This document shows positions 28,701-36,763 of a DNA stretch of 63,216 nucleotides, one piece after another; position 1 is the first letter of the stretch, and every line of letters begins with the position of its first letter. Made by a program: the position numbers and the translations under genes. Origin of the DNA: an uncultured Verrucomicrobia subdivision 3 bacterium. GTDB taxonomy: Bacteria > Verrucomicrobiota > Verrucomicrobiia > Limisphaerales > UBA11358. The stretch covers positions 1-63,216 of the forward strand of contig CAIZWI010000306.1 of the NCBI GenBank assembly GCA_903936645.1. The letters run 5' to 3'. A model generated the notes under the pieces. It was not told where the DNA came from and did not search any database. It saw only the letters and a list, made by a program, of their open reading frames with translations.

Positions 28701-29206
28701 GTGCCAAAGACGCCGGAGGCGAGAGTGGAGCCACCCAACGTGTTGGTTACTTCGATCCCATCCGTGCGGCCGATATCCCACAAGGCGCGGATGTTGTCCA
28801 AAGTCCCGTCATCCATCTGAATCAACGGACGCAGAATGCCGCCCTGCGGATAAAGCACGTCCATGATCACGGTGTATTGATTGACCAGGGTGCCGCCACC
28901 GTTGGCGGGCGGGGTGGGCATCAAAAATCCTTCCGGCAAACGGCCGCCGGGAAATTTCATAACAAAGGCGTTGGTGCCGTTGATGCTCGGAATGCCCAGA
29001 TTGGTGGTGCTGCCGAACAGGGTTTCAGTGGAGGTCGGTCCGGCCGGACCGTCGTAATAGGCCAGATCGCCCAAAGTGGCGCCCGTCGTTTGGGTCAGAT
29101 CGCCATTATCAAAATCCCATTGTCCGACATTTTGTGCCAGCAGGGAGCCGGCACAGGTCAACGCCCCGAGGAGGGCGCCGGCCAGTTTGATGGTGCTGCG
29201 TTTCAT
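25775..29206 (-). CDS. giant secreted LamG / Ig-like multidomain protein
   Basis: 1143 aa with the signal peptide MKRSTIKLAGALLGALTCAGSLLAQ. It has an N-terminal LamG-like jelly roll, a central MAM-like domain, I-set Ig repeats (YQWRFNGVAILGATNRTYTI...AGTYQVIV), a second LamG (IDDVGIWRRAL) and a C-terminal beta-sandwich ending FFRLSQ. Confidence 0.85.
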   Translation of the reverse strand: MKRSTIKLAGALLGALTCAGSLLAQNVGQWDFDNGDLTQTTGATLGDLAYYDGPAGPTSTETLFGSTTNLGIPSINGTNAFVMKFPGGRLPEGFLMPTPPANGGGTLVNQYTVIMDVLYPQGGILRPLIQMDDGTLDNIRALWDIGRTDGIEVTNTLGGSTLASGVFGTLTTNTWYRLALVLDTTAGTATVYTNGTTVGILNFGAGNVDSPFALFPGDMLPIFSSTFTNAPGYVNSVQVSDQVLSPGEMEALGGPSAAGIPLVLPPAHSYIVSRTPNVGDTGINPVPAVSVVVDPGSTTINAGSISLALDGSVLPTSVTADANNASEFDVNAQVTTILDPQSMHTLSLTYSDSLLGLHTKSWSFTVANYQNITLPTPIYSENFDAVAEGSMPDGWSVTNNTVPQTSGYDLNKPKSDTYKDFVVISSNRLSTVFSSHGTYSSPNLGTATGNRRLVVPPIVLNGSILDSLAHGNLAYADSDQRQNTGGQVNVMFSKDYDLSAQTNVYLAFNSLYEQNQDNIGSVEYSIDQGATWLPALYMLDDGTTDGDGSDVVTNAATGQIDVWATFGTPRSDQAYGLAYSNFIGAVVSTNLIPYISPRRNDDPISSKRIEVIRLPLADKQSHVRFRFGQAGTSSWYFGIDNFGLYSITTPVISSQPGNATVNANTPYTFAVTASGSPLTYQWRFNGVAILGATNRTYTIASVNPTNAGTYQVIVGGVTRSAPAVLTVNTTPVLTADLSGEIVDPGATVTFTGYATGGQPLTYQLYLNGSLVSSSTSGSFILNNVQAANAGNYQLLAVNSYGTAAGSIATLRVFAGSINSNLVVHLPFDGDLNDTSGRGNHAAYMTYGANASPAPRFVPGLFGQAFEYTTTNDYSDIEYATLGYPADLQFGATNDWTVSLWCNYTNQGDDLPFISNKDWDSSSNLGWGIFTQSGGNYRVNITGPNGGADKFSYTDTPHTLKDGNWHHVLVSVQHAPFGQSAYVYAYLDGALVSKHPLSVAGTVDTFGTPITDHQQVSLAQSEWAVNIGQDGTGIYTDGTGAHDIDAKIDDVGIWRRALTSNEASAIYNAGVAGKDLSQVMTPFKLIITLANGNANLFWIGSSSLKLQQSTSLNPANWTDVPATLGASSAVVPVTGSSTFFRLSQ

Positions 29207-29259
29207 TAGTGTTTGGTTTTTAGGTTGTGATGGTATGGTTGAGTTGGTGCGACTAAAAT

Positions 29260-29634
29260 TTAGCGGGTGGACAAATAACGATGGAGCACAGCCTGGGCGG
29301 TGGGGTTGCCCTTTTGGGCCGCCGTTTGCAATTGTGGCATGGTGGCGGCCATGGCCCGGGCGGCAATGGCTCTTTGTTCCGGGGTTAAATCTTTCTGCTG
29401 TTCCAACTTTTGCAAACTATTGAAGGCCGTGGCCGGGTCCTGGCTTTGAACCGCCGACACGACTTCCCCGGCCAGTGCCTTCGTATCCCCGGAGGCTTGT
29501 TGAAAGGCCTGGTTGACGGCCACCGGGATTTGGTCCGGCGCGAGGGCGGTGGCACTGTTTTTCGAACATCCGGCCACAGCGGCGACAAGGAGCAGGGACG
29601 GCCATAGGGTCCGCCCAAGGGGGAGGGGTTTCAT
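29260..29634 (-). CDS. small lipoprotein, hypothetical
   Basis: 124 aa with the lipobox LLLVAAVAGC|S. It is helical and Ala/Gln-rich. Confidence 0.6.
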   Translation of the reverse strand: MKPLPLGRTLWPSLLLVAAVAGCSKNSATALAPDQIPVAVNQAFQQASGDTKALAGEVVSAVQSQDPATAFNSLQKLEQQKDLTPEQRAIAARAMAATMPQLQTAAQKGNPTAQAVLHRYLSTR

Positions 29635-29638
29635 AAGT

Positions 29639-30508
29639 TTAAAAGTTCGGCATGACCAAGGGCACTTCCCCGGTATAGTACCGGTAATCTATGCCCTGGG
29701 TGCGGGGCACCCAGCGGATTCGGCTGACATTGCCCGGAACCCATAGCGTCTGGCATCCCTTGCTGTGCCGCCACCAACCCGCCAGCAAATCCTTGCCGGG
29801 ATACAGCGATTGCAAATTACCCTCAGGCCCCCATTGGTTAAGAATGGTGGTGTTGCCAGGGAATAAACCGAGGGTGTCATCCGGGCCTTCATTTTTCTGT
29901 TCGGTGGAGTCCTGGCAAAAAATCGTGCTGACCGGGCTCTTGTACGAGGAGCGCTTTAAATTCTGGTCGTGCACCCCATAGCTGGTATCGATATCCCCCG
30001 GGGTATGAATGAGGAAATCGCACATGCCATAGGAGGAATTGGCCCAATAATCATCGGGATAATTCAACCCGCTGTCATGCCATTCATCCGTTACCTGGCC
30101 ATCCGGGCACGCAAAAACGGTGTTAACATTTTTTTGTCCCAAATAGGGCTTGTAACCCACCCCCCAATACGCCAGATCGTTGTTTGGCGGCAGCGTTAGG
30201 CTGGAGCGGGGATTGAGCGTCCACGCCCCCCCGTTGGGCAGCCAGTTAGGATCTCCCGGATTGCAAAAAAAGGTGTTATTGTAATCGTCCGCATAGAGGT
30301 TGCCCGCAATGCCAATCTGGCGGAGATTGTTCAGGCATTGAGCGGCTTTGGCTTTCTCCTTGGCCTTGCCCAGCGCGGGGAGCAGCAAGGCCGACAAGAT
30401 GGCGATGATGGCAATGACCACCAAGAGTTCAATCAAGGTGAATGCCCGGGACTGCGGGCAAGACAGGCCGGAGCCGGCTTTTGACTTAAGTTGGTTATTT
30501 AAACTCAC
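29639..30508 (-). CDS. prepilin-type N-terminal methylation protein, DUF1559 family (variant H-X9-PG)
   Basis: It has [44 protein letters not shown] and a GTG start. The C-terminal motif [12 protein letters not shown] replaces the usual DG. Confidence 0.85.
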   Translation of the reverse strand: MSLNNQLKSKAGSGLSCPQSRAFTLIELLVVIAIIAILSALLLPALGKAKEKAKAAQCLNNLRQIGIAGNLYADDYNNTFFCNPGDPNWLPNGGAWTLNPRSSLTLPPNNDLAYWGVGYKPYLGQKNVNTVFACPDGQVTDEWHDSGLNYPDDYWANSSYGMCDFLIHTPGDIDTSYGVHDQNLKRSSYKSPVSTIFCQDSTEQKNEGPDDTLGLFPGNTTILNQWGPEGNLQSLYPGKDLLAGWWRHSKGCQTLWVPGNVSRIRWVPRTQGIDYRYYTGEVPLVMPNF

Positions 30509-30643
30509 TAACCTTACTTTATCAAGCCGCTCACTTGGCGCTCAAGGCACCGGGGCATTCCCTTTCCGCATAAGTTCAATGTTCGCTTGAATTTCCGACA
30601 ACTGATTTGACCAAAATGTAACAATTTATTTTACGCGAACGGT

Positions 30644-31495
30644 TCACCGCAACTCAGTGGTGCGTGCCTGGAGCCAGTTTAAATCAGAGGATTCGGGGCT
30701 TTTACTAAAAAAGTTTCCGCGATCGTGGAGCAGGCCGGAATCCCTCCATTGGCGAGCCTCCACATGGCCGTCGGCAAAAGAAATGCTGCCACTGTTATTA
30801 TGGTAGTGGGCCGGGGAATCAATCCACTCGGTGCCCACGGGCCATACCTCCAGGGCCCCGTCATTGATGGAGGCGGGATCTTCGTCCATCGCCAGCCACG
30901 TGCTGGCTGGATGGCGGAGGTCGCTTTGCCGGTGAAAAATCTGAAACCCACTGGCGGTCATGCTGGCACTGGCGCCGGTGGGGTCATTTTCGCCGTTGGG
31001 GTCCAGGGTGCCCAGCCACAGGTTCATGGAATAACTGCGGACGGTGGGGCGGCTGCCCGGGCCGGTTTTTTGATCGCCCGGGCATTTGTATACAGCGACA
31101 GCCTTCAGGTAGGGGTAGAGCAACCCGTTTTGCAAACACAGGAGGTTCGTGGAACACGCCGCATCCGCTGGGGAACTCTGTTCCACCGTTCCGAGCACCC
31201 AGGCGGCCAAGGCGCCGCCGGGTTGGGCGGCGGCCGCCTCGGGATTCAACTGCAACACACTGACGCCGCCCACGCTCACAATTTTATCCGCCGCGTCACT
31301 GGAATACAGCACCCAGCCCAGGGCCTGCTGGCGGACATTATTAAGACAATAAATTCCTTGGGATTTCGCTTTGGCCTTGCTCAACGCGGGCAGCAACATG
31401 GCCGCCAGGATGGCGATGATGGCGATGACCACCAAGAGCTCGATCAGGGTAAATCCGTGGTGGCGGCCGGCGGCGGGGCGGGATGGATGGTGCAT
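30644..31495 (-). CDS. prepilin-type N-terminal methylation protein, DUF1559 (H-X9-DG) family
   Basis: It starts at ATG 31495 ([14 protein letters not shown]|[24 protein letters not shown]). It has IYCLNNVRQ and the C-terminal [13 protein letters not shown] motif. Confidence 0.88.
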   Translation of the reverse strand: MHHPSRPAAGRHHGFTLIELLVVIAIIAILAAMLLPALSKAKAKSQGIYCLNNVRQQALGWVLYSSDAADKIVSVGGVSVLQLNPEAAAAQPGGALAAWVLGTVEQSSPADAACSTNLLCLQNGLLYPYLKAVAVYKCPGDQKTGPGSRPTVRSYSMNLWLGTLDPNGENDPTGASASMTASGFQIFHRQSDLRHPASTWLAMDEDPASINDGALEVWPVGTEWIDSPAHYHNNSGSISFADGHVEARQWRDSGLLHDRGNFFSKSPESSDLNWLQARTTELR

Positions 31496-31569
31496 TTTTG
31501 GGTGGCCTCCGTTCCGGCCGGTGGGGCTCCCCACCGGCTGCGAGCAAAGGCCAGCCGTGACACTAAACC

Positions 31570-32592
31570 CTAACCGGTGGCGGTCGCAAATTGATAGGGT
31601 GTTCTGTTTCCGCCAGTTTGCCTGGGCAGGCGGGAGTTTTCGGTTGTGAGGCTGGTGGGGAGGGAACCAGCGCACGCGAGGGCGGGCCGCTGGCGGTACT
31701 CCTGGGGCGAGGTGGCAAACTCCCGGCGAAAGGCGGCGATAAAATGGCTGCTGGTTTTAAACCCCAGTTCAAAGCCAATTTCCTTGATGGAAAGGCCGTC
31801 ATTGAGCAATAAATCCCGGGCGCGCGCCAGCAGCATGCGGTTGTAAAAACTTGCCGGCGTGTGCCGGGTGGAAGCCAAAAACAAACGCGTGAAGCGTTCC
31901 TGGCTGCTCCCCAGAAACTGGCACAGTTGTTGCAACCGAAAATTCTCTTTCCGGCACCACCGCATGAATTCATAGGCCCGCACAAAATCCCGGCGGGGCA
32001 GGCGGGGCAGCCGGTCGGTGGGAATGGTGGTGACATTGGCCCGGGGCCAGGAGCGCAGAGTTTCCACCAGGAGCCGGGTGGCCAGGGTTTCGATGACAAT
32101 TTGGTGGCCGGGTTGCGCCGTCCGCAATTCATCGGCAATGCTCTGGGCACATTCGTGAACAATGCGATTTTGCACTTTTCCGAGGAAGGCAGCGCAATTA
32201 ATTTCATTCACCAGGGGCAGCTTGAACTCCTCCGTGAGCGAGGCCACCAAGCGGGGCTCCAGCGTGAGACAAATCGTTTCACAAGGCTTGCCATCCCGTG
32301 CCAGGTAACCGCTGGAATGTTCCACGCCGGGATTGCCAAACATCGTTTCGCCCCGGCCAATGTAGGAAGTGGCACCGGGTTGGGCTTTGAACATTTCCCC
32401 TTCCAGGCACACGACGATGGTGTATTCCGAATAGGTGTGCGGGGCGTAGTAAACATTTTCCCCCGGGCGAAAATTTTGGACGCACATTTGCCCGGTGGGA
32501 TTGGTCCAGAAAACGCAACTCGGTTTGAGTTCCCGCGCCGGACCAGTGGCCACCTTGGGCAACTGACTGGTTTCCATCAAGCTTTGCACCAT
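31570..32592 (-). CDS. AraC-family transcriptional regulator
   Basis: 340 aa with a cupin-like N-terminus and the HTH pair ([54 protein letters not shown]). Confidence 0.88.
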   Translation of the reverse strand: MVQSLMETSQLPKVATGPARELKPSCVFWTNPTGQMCVQNFRPGENVYYAPHTYSEYTIVVCLEGEMFKAQPGATSYIGRGETMFGNPGVEHSSGYLARDGKPCETICLTLEPRLVASLTEEFKLPLVNEINCAAFLGKVQNRIVHECAQSIADELRTAQPGHQIVIETLATRLLVETLRSWPRANVTTIPTDRLPRLPRRDFVRAYEFMRWCRKENFRLQQLCQFLGSSQERFTRLFLASTRHTPASFYNRMLLARARDLLLNDGLSIKEIGFELGFKTSSHFIAAFRREFATSPQEYRQRPALACAGSLPTSLTTENSRLPRQTGGNRTPYQFATATG

Positions 32593-32857
32593 GGGATTAA
32601 GTAAAAATAGCTGGGTCTATTCTACTGTAATTAAATGCTGGCGGGGTTACCTTTTTGTAACGATTGGATGGCAACTTGGTGTGACTGGTTCCGGCCGACT
32701 TGCCTTGGTGGGGGATGGCAGACGACGAATGACTGGTTTTGATGTTAAGCGCCGGATTTTGAAATAACCCGGCGGGCATTTGGCTTCGCGCAACCAACGC
32801 CGGTCGGGAGAAGCCGCCGGGAGGCCGGTGAATTTTACCAGGGCTCGGGTGCGGAGC

Positions 32858-33505
32858 TTATTTATTGGCTGACAGCCAGGCCGTCAACAACTGAACCAAT
32901 TCGGTCTTATTCCCACATTCCTGCCGGGGCAAATGGGGCCGGCAAAAGGCAAAGCCGGGGCCGTAGGCCTGGCCATTCAAGACGCACGCATTGGTTTGGC
33001 ATTCCCGCATTTGGCGTTCGGCTTTGGCCAAGGCCTCCGCTGGAGTGCCCGCCAGTTCATATTTCCAACCAACGATTCGGCTGTGGGGGAACAGGCTCCG
33101 CATTTTCGTGATCACCTTGGTGGCGGGTTCAAGGTTGATGGTCAGCGCCCCGGAGCGACTGGCAATTTTGGGCGAGTCGCAGGCGCGACCTTGCTCATCG
33201 GTCACCTGGCGCACTTTATAATCACAAAGCGCGGCGACGTGAAAGACAGCGGCGATATCCTCAGAAGCACTGGCTTGTTCCAGCAAATGCAGCAAGTCGT
33301 CATTGGTGTCGAACCAGTGCACCCGGCATGGGGCCCCCGGTCCGGGATGGGTGGCTCCGCTGCCTTTCAGGCAAAGCACCTCAAAACCAGCGTGGGCCAG
33401 TTGATTGCTTAAAGCGACGCCCAGTTCGCCGGTGGAGAAATTGGTCAGGCGCCGCACTTGATCGATCGGTTCAAAACTGGGTCCGCAGGTGACAATGACT
33501 TTCAT
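32858..33505 (-). CDS. coaB: stand-alone phosphopantothenate--cysteine ligase-like protein (CoaB domain)
   Basis: 215 aa. MKVIVTCGPSFEPIDQVRRLTNFSTGELG is the CoaB (DFP C-terminal domain) signature. No CoaC domain is attached. Confidence 0.75.
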   Translation of the reverse strand: MKVIVTCGPSFEPIDQVRRLTNFSTGELGVALSNQLAHAGFEVLCLKGSGATHPGPGAPCRVHWFDTNDDLLHLLEQASASEDIAAVFHVAALCDYKVRQVTDEQGRACDSPKIASRSGALTINLEPATKVITKMRSLFPHSRIVGWKYELAGTPAEALAKAERQMRECQTNACVLNGQAYGPGFAFCRPHLPRQECGNKTELVQLLTAWLSANK

Positions 33506-33589
33506 AAATTTAATCGCCCCACCACGAGTTTAATCCGGCGAACATCCGCGTGACTGGCAGGGATGACTGGGAATGGGTAAGACAGCGTT

Positions 33590-34351
33590 TCATTCACCCA
33601 AAAATTTCTGCCGCGCCGCCGCGGTCAAGGCCTGCAAATCGAGGAGGGTCAGAAAATCGATGGTCTTAAACGCTTGGTCCAGCGCCGGGGGACCGCAGAT
33701 GGTCGCGCCCAGGGAGAGATAGGCCCGGAGCAGTTTGGGGATTTTAACGGGTTCGGTGGCGAGTTCGTGCAGGGGACAGGCACAGGATGGCAAAGGGTTG
33801 ACACGCCAGGGGAGGGGAGCCAGATGCTGGCGGCATAAATCGGCATAGGCGGATGCCCCCACCGCGGGAGTTTGTGAGGTGAGCGAACTGCAACCAAACA
33901 GGTAGCGGGCACCGTGCTGCCGGGCATATTCCGCAATGCCTTTCCAGAGCAGACCGAGCACCACCAGGTTGCGGTGTTGGGGATGCACACAGGCCCGGCC
34001 CAATTCGACCAATTCGGCCCGCAAGGGTTCGAACACGGCCAAGGCGAATTCTTGGGCACAGTAATAGCCCAGGTGCGCGGCGGCATTTGGCCCGGTTTGC
34101 AGGCGGTAGGTGCCCACGATGCTGGCCGAAGGCAGATGTTCAACAACCAGGTGCTGGCAAACGGCGTCAAAGGGATCTTCATCACGGCCAGTTGCGTAGG
34201 ATTGGGCCAGCCCTTCATGGAGTTCCAGATTAAAGACCTGAAACCGCAATATTTGGGCGGCCCCTATGTCCCGGGCATTTTGGGCCAGCCGGATGGCATA
34301 CAGGGCAGGGGAACTGCCCCCGGCGCGAAGCATGGCCCGATCGGTTTTCAT
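33590..34351 (-). CDS. GNAT-family N-acyltransferase (OlsB / N-acyl amino acid synthase-like, Acetyltransf_5)
   Basis: LRFQVFNLELHEGL..., GYYCAQEF and LVELGRACVHPQHRN blocks are typical of the OlsB/hemolysin-like GNAT family. The ATG at 34351 is chosen, and the track ORF extends to 34531. Confidence 0.7.
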   Translation of the reverse strand: MKTDRAMLRAGGSSPALYAIRLAQNARDIGAAQILRFQVFNLELHEGLAQSYATGRDEDPFDAVCQHLVVEHLPSASIVGTYRLQTGPNAAAHLGYYCAQEFALAVFEPLRAELVELGRACVHPQHRNLVVLGLLWKGIAEYARQHGARYLFGCSSLTSQTPAVGASAYADLCRQHLAPLPWRVNPLPSCACPLHELATEPVKIPKLLRAYLSLGATICGPPALDQAFKTIDFLTLLDLQALTAAARQKFLGE

Positions 34352-34449
34352 GATGGTCAAATTATTATCCTCGTAAGGGGATTTAGCGATGGCAAAATCA
34401 TGCTTGAGGTCAGCTTGGTGCGCCTGGCCAGGCAACTCTGGCCCCGGTA

Positions 34450-34755
34450 TCATTCTTGGTTGGAGCGAAGCTTTGCCTGGATTCGCTGGCGGGCCGCCGG
34501 AGAAAGCTGTTGCGGCACGGTTTTCACCCATTTATCCGGATGGGTCTGGGCGGTGTGGCGAATTAATCTGATTTGCTGCCCATAACGACGGCACCATTTG
34601 CAAAGGAGCACATGCAAGCGCAGCCCCAACCACCGACGGAACGGTAATTTGCGCTCAAGCGCAGCGGATTGCAAGCGGACGGCCGTTTTGCAATTCGGCG
34701 ACAAGTCGAGCAGCCCTTGCAGGAGGGTTTTGGCGATTTGCGTTAACCAATTCAT
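34450..34755 (-). CDS. zinc-binding anti-sigma factor (zf-HC2), paralogue 2
   Basis: 101 aa from the ATG at 34755. It has the ZAS motif HVLLCKWC (H-x3-C-x2-C) plus an upstream Cys (PNCK) and no TM helix. It aligns along its length with the adjacent paralogue. Confidence 0.7.
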   Translation of the reverse strand: MNWLTQIAKTLLQGLLDLSPNCKTAVRLQSAALERKLPFRRWLGLRLHVLLCKWCRRYGQQIRLIRHTAQTHPDKWVKTVPQQLSPAARQRIQAKLRSNQE

Positions 34756-34834
34756 GGTTTGGATCAACCGAGCAACTCCCACAGTGGCGGCAAATGTCCG
34801 GCCTTGCCAGCCACCGCGAGTTGTCCGCGTCAAG

Positions 34835-34864
34835 GTTGGTCGGGGGAGGGAAGGAATCCTTACA
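34835..34864 (-). promoter_or_regulatory. ECF-type promoter candidate P4 (TGTAAGGA-N14-CGACCAAC)
   Basis: The minus strand reads TTGTAAGGATTCCTTCCCTCCCCCGACCAACC and starts 1 nt after the anti-sigma-1 stop codon. It has the same bipartite element and spacing as P1-P3. Confidence 0.55.
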
Positions 34865-34865
34865 A

Positions 34866-35168
34866 TTAATTACCTTTCACACGCTGCAGGTTTTGGAGGA
34901 TGCGCTTGCGGGCTTCGATGGAAAGGCGGGGGAGCGTTTTGATCTGCTCGTCGGCGTGGCTGGCGGTTTGATGGAGGAAGGTTAATTGCCGTGCATAGCG
35001 GTGGCACCAGGTGCAGATGAGAAAATGCAGGCGCATCCGCAGGCGCGTGGACCAGGGCAAAGGCTGATCCAGCGACCGGGAACTCAGGCGCGACATTTCC
35101 GCACAATTCGGTGTGTGCTGCCAAATCCACACAACGACCTTCATTTTCAATTTGGCCAACGGATTCAT
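34866..35168 (-). CDS. zinc-binding anti-sigma factor (zf-HC2), paralogue 1
   Basis: 100 aa from the ATG at 35168. It has the ZAS motif HFLICTWC plus PNCAE and no TM helix. Its start overlaps the ECF sigma stop by 4 nt (ATGA), the classic sigma/anti-sigma coupling. Confidence 0.75.
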   Translation of the reverse strand: MNPLAKLKMKVVVWIWQHTPNCAEMSRLSSRSLDQPLPWSTRLRMRLHFLICTWCHRYARQLTFLHQTASHADEQIKTLPRLSIEARKRILQNLQRVKGN

Positions 35169-35842
35169 TCGGCGACTCCCGGTTTGCCAAACCAGTTGGT
35201 TTCCAGGCAGCGACGCAGGGCCATGCGCGCCCGGTGAAGCATGACCCAAAGATTGCTTTCGGAGATGTTCAGCAACGCACAAATCTCCTGGCTTGCCACG
35301 CCGTCCACCTCGCGCAGGTTGAAAACGGCGGCCACATTTTTGGGCAGATTATCGGAGCAATCCCGGAAGGTTTGCCAAAAGAGGGCACTATCCAGACTCG
35401 CGCCGGGACTGCCCCAATCCAGCGGGCCAAGCTCGTGTATCCAACCATCCTTGAAAAGGCCGTCGGGCACAAACCGGTCTGCCTCTTCATCGGCATAGAA
35501 TTCCAGGTCGGTAAACGATGTTTCCCGGCTGGACTGGCGGTAATGGTCGTAAATCTTGTTTTTTAAAATCCCCACCAACCAGCTTTTCTCGGCCGCCCGG
35601 CCGGCAAAACTCTTGCCGCCCTTGAGCGCCGCCAGGAAGGTTTCCTGCACGGCGTCCTCCGCCCGGGCCTGGTCGCGCAGGCGCAACATGGCATATTTGA
35701 ATAGGTAATCCCCGTGCAAGTCCACCCACTGCTCCGGATCGGAGAGCTGACCGGTGGCTGGCGGAGCTTCCCCCGGGCGGGCTGCGGGCAGTTGATTGGG
35801 ACGTTCAGTCGGCACCGGGTGATTATCCCAAGCCGGCCCCAA
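35165..35842 (-). CDS. ECF (group IV) RNA polymerase sigma factor with extended region2-region4 linker
   Basis: 225 aa with a TTG start. It has region 2 (DAVQETFLAALKG, SWLVGILKNKIYDHYR) and region 4 (AVFNLREVDGVASQEICALLNISESNLWVMLHRARMALR), separated by a roughly 50-aa insert. Confidence 0.88.
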   Translation of the reverse strand: MGPAWDNHPVPTERPNQLPAARPGEAPPATGQLSDPEQWVDLHGDYLFKYAMLRLRDQARAEDAVQETFLAALKGGKSFAGRAAEKSWLVGILKNKIYDHYRQSSRETSFTDLEFYADEEADRFVPDGLFKDGWIHELGPLDWGSPGASLDSALFWQTFRDCSDNLPKNVAAVFNLREVDGVASQEICALLNISESNLWVMLHRARMALRRCLETNWFGKPGVAE

Positions 35843-35902
35843 AATGCAATTCCCGACGTGCCCCCCCCGTTTGCGCTTGGCTCAAAAGAAAGCGGGAAAG
35901 CT

Positions 35903-35932
35903 TGTAAGGATTTTATTTTATCCCCGACCCAA
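35903..35932 (+). promoter_or_regulatory. ECF-type promoter candidate P1 (TGTAAGGA-N14-CGACCCAA)
   Basis: It reads CTTGTAAGGATTTTATTTTATCCCCGACCCAAAC in the divergent region between the ECF sigma and the FMN-reductase genes, pointing rightwards. Confidence 0.5.
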
Positions 35933-35936
35933 ACTC

Positions 35937-36128
35937 ATGCAAGCAAAGCGCCAAAAGCCGTTTCGCCGGAGCGATCAGGTGGCTGATCATGCAGGTTCGG
36001 GCTGGAAAATGCCCGTGCCTCTGGGCTACTTTATGCCGCCCAGCCAGCGAATTTGCCCCTCATTTGGTAGCTTGGGCATAGTTTTTGACGGCCTGTCGGG
36101 CCGGCCATTTTTCCGCCTCACCCATTAA
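35937..36128 (+). CDS. possible leaderless small ORF (63 aa) downstream of P1
   Basis: The ATG lies 12 nt after the CGACC box, the same geometry as at P2 and P3. The sequence MQAKRQKPFRRSDQ... has no recognisable family, so coding status is uncertain. Confidence 0.25.
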   Translation: MQAKRQKPFRRSDQVADHAGSGWKMPVPLGYFMPPSQRICPSFGSLGIVFDGLSGRPFFRLTH

Positions 36129-36160
36129 CCCAGCCTAGAAAATTATTTAATATAAACATT

Positions 36161-36751
36161 ATGATTGTTATTATTAGTGGAACCAATCGGACCGGTAGCA
36201 ACACCCGCAAAGTGGCCACGCATGTGGAAAAACCTTACGCCACCCTGGGCGTGCCGGCGCAAATACTCGATCTCGCCCAGTTGCCGCCGGAAATCTATTT
36301 GCCGGCCGCCTATGATAAAACGCCGGCCTCCTTCCAGCCTTTCATCGACCTGCTTCTCTCGGCCGATGGCTTGGTGGTGGTCACGCCCGAATATAATGGG
36401 GGCATTCCCGGGGCGCTGAAGTATTTTATCGACATGTTGCCGTTTCCGGAAAGTTTTGACCAGCGGCCGGTTTGTTTTGTGGGGCTGGCGGCGGGTCTTT
36501 GGGGGGCCATGCGGCCGACGGAACAGTTACAACAGATTTTTGCCTACCGTCACGGGCTGGTTTTTCCTGAACGCGTGTTTCTGCCCGGGGTGAACAACCT
36601 GCTGGACGCCACGGGCCGTTTGCAACCGGTCATGGAACGCAATCTCCTGCAGCAGGCCACGAAGTTCGCGCGGTTTGTGGAAAAGCTCCGGGAGAAACGG
36701 TTCGACCGGGCGACCGCAGCGGCCGAAAGCCAGACTTTGCCCACGACCTGA
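36161..36751 (+). CDS. NAD(P)H-dependent FMN reductase family oxidoreductase (copy 1)
   Basis: 196 aa. MIVIISGTNRTGSNTRKV and VVVTPEYNGGIPGALKYFID are flavodoxin-like FMN_red signatures. Confidence 0.85.
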   Translation: MIVIISGTNRTGSNTRKVATHVEKPYATLGVPAQILDLAQLPPEIYLPAAYDKTPASFQPFIDLLLSADGLVVVTPEYNGGIPGALKYFIDMLPFPESFDQRPVCFVGLAAGLWGAMRPTEQLQQIFAYRHGLVFPERVFLPGVNNLLDATGRLQPVMERNLLQQATKFARFVEKLREKRFDRATAAAESQTLPTT

Positions 36752-36763
36752 AGCCTTCGCCCT

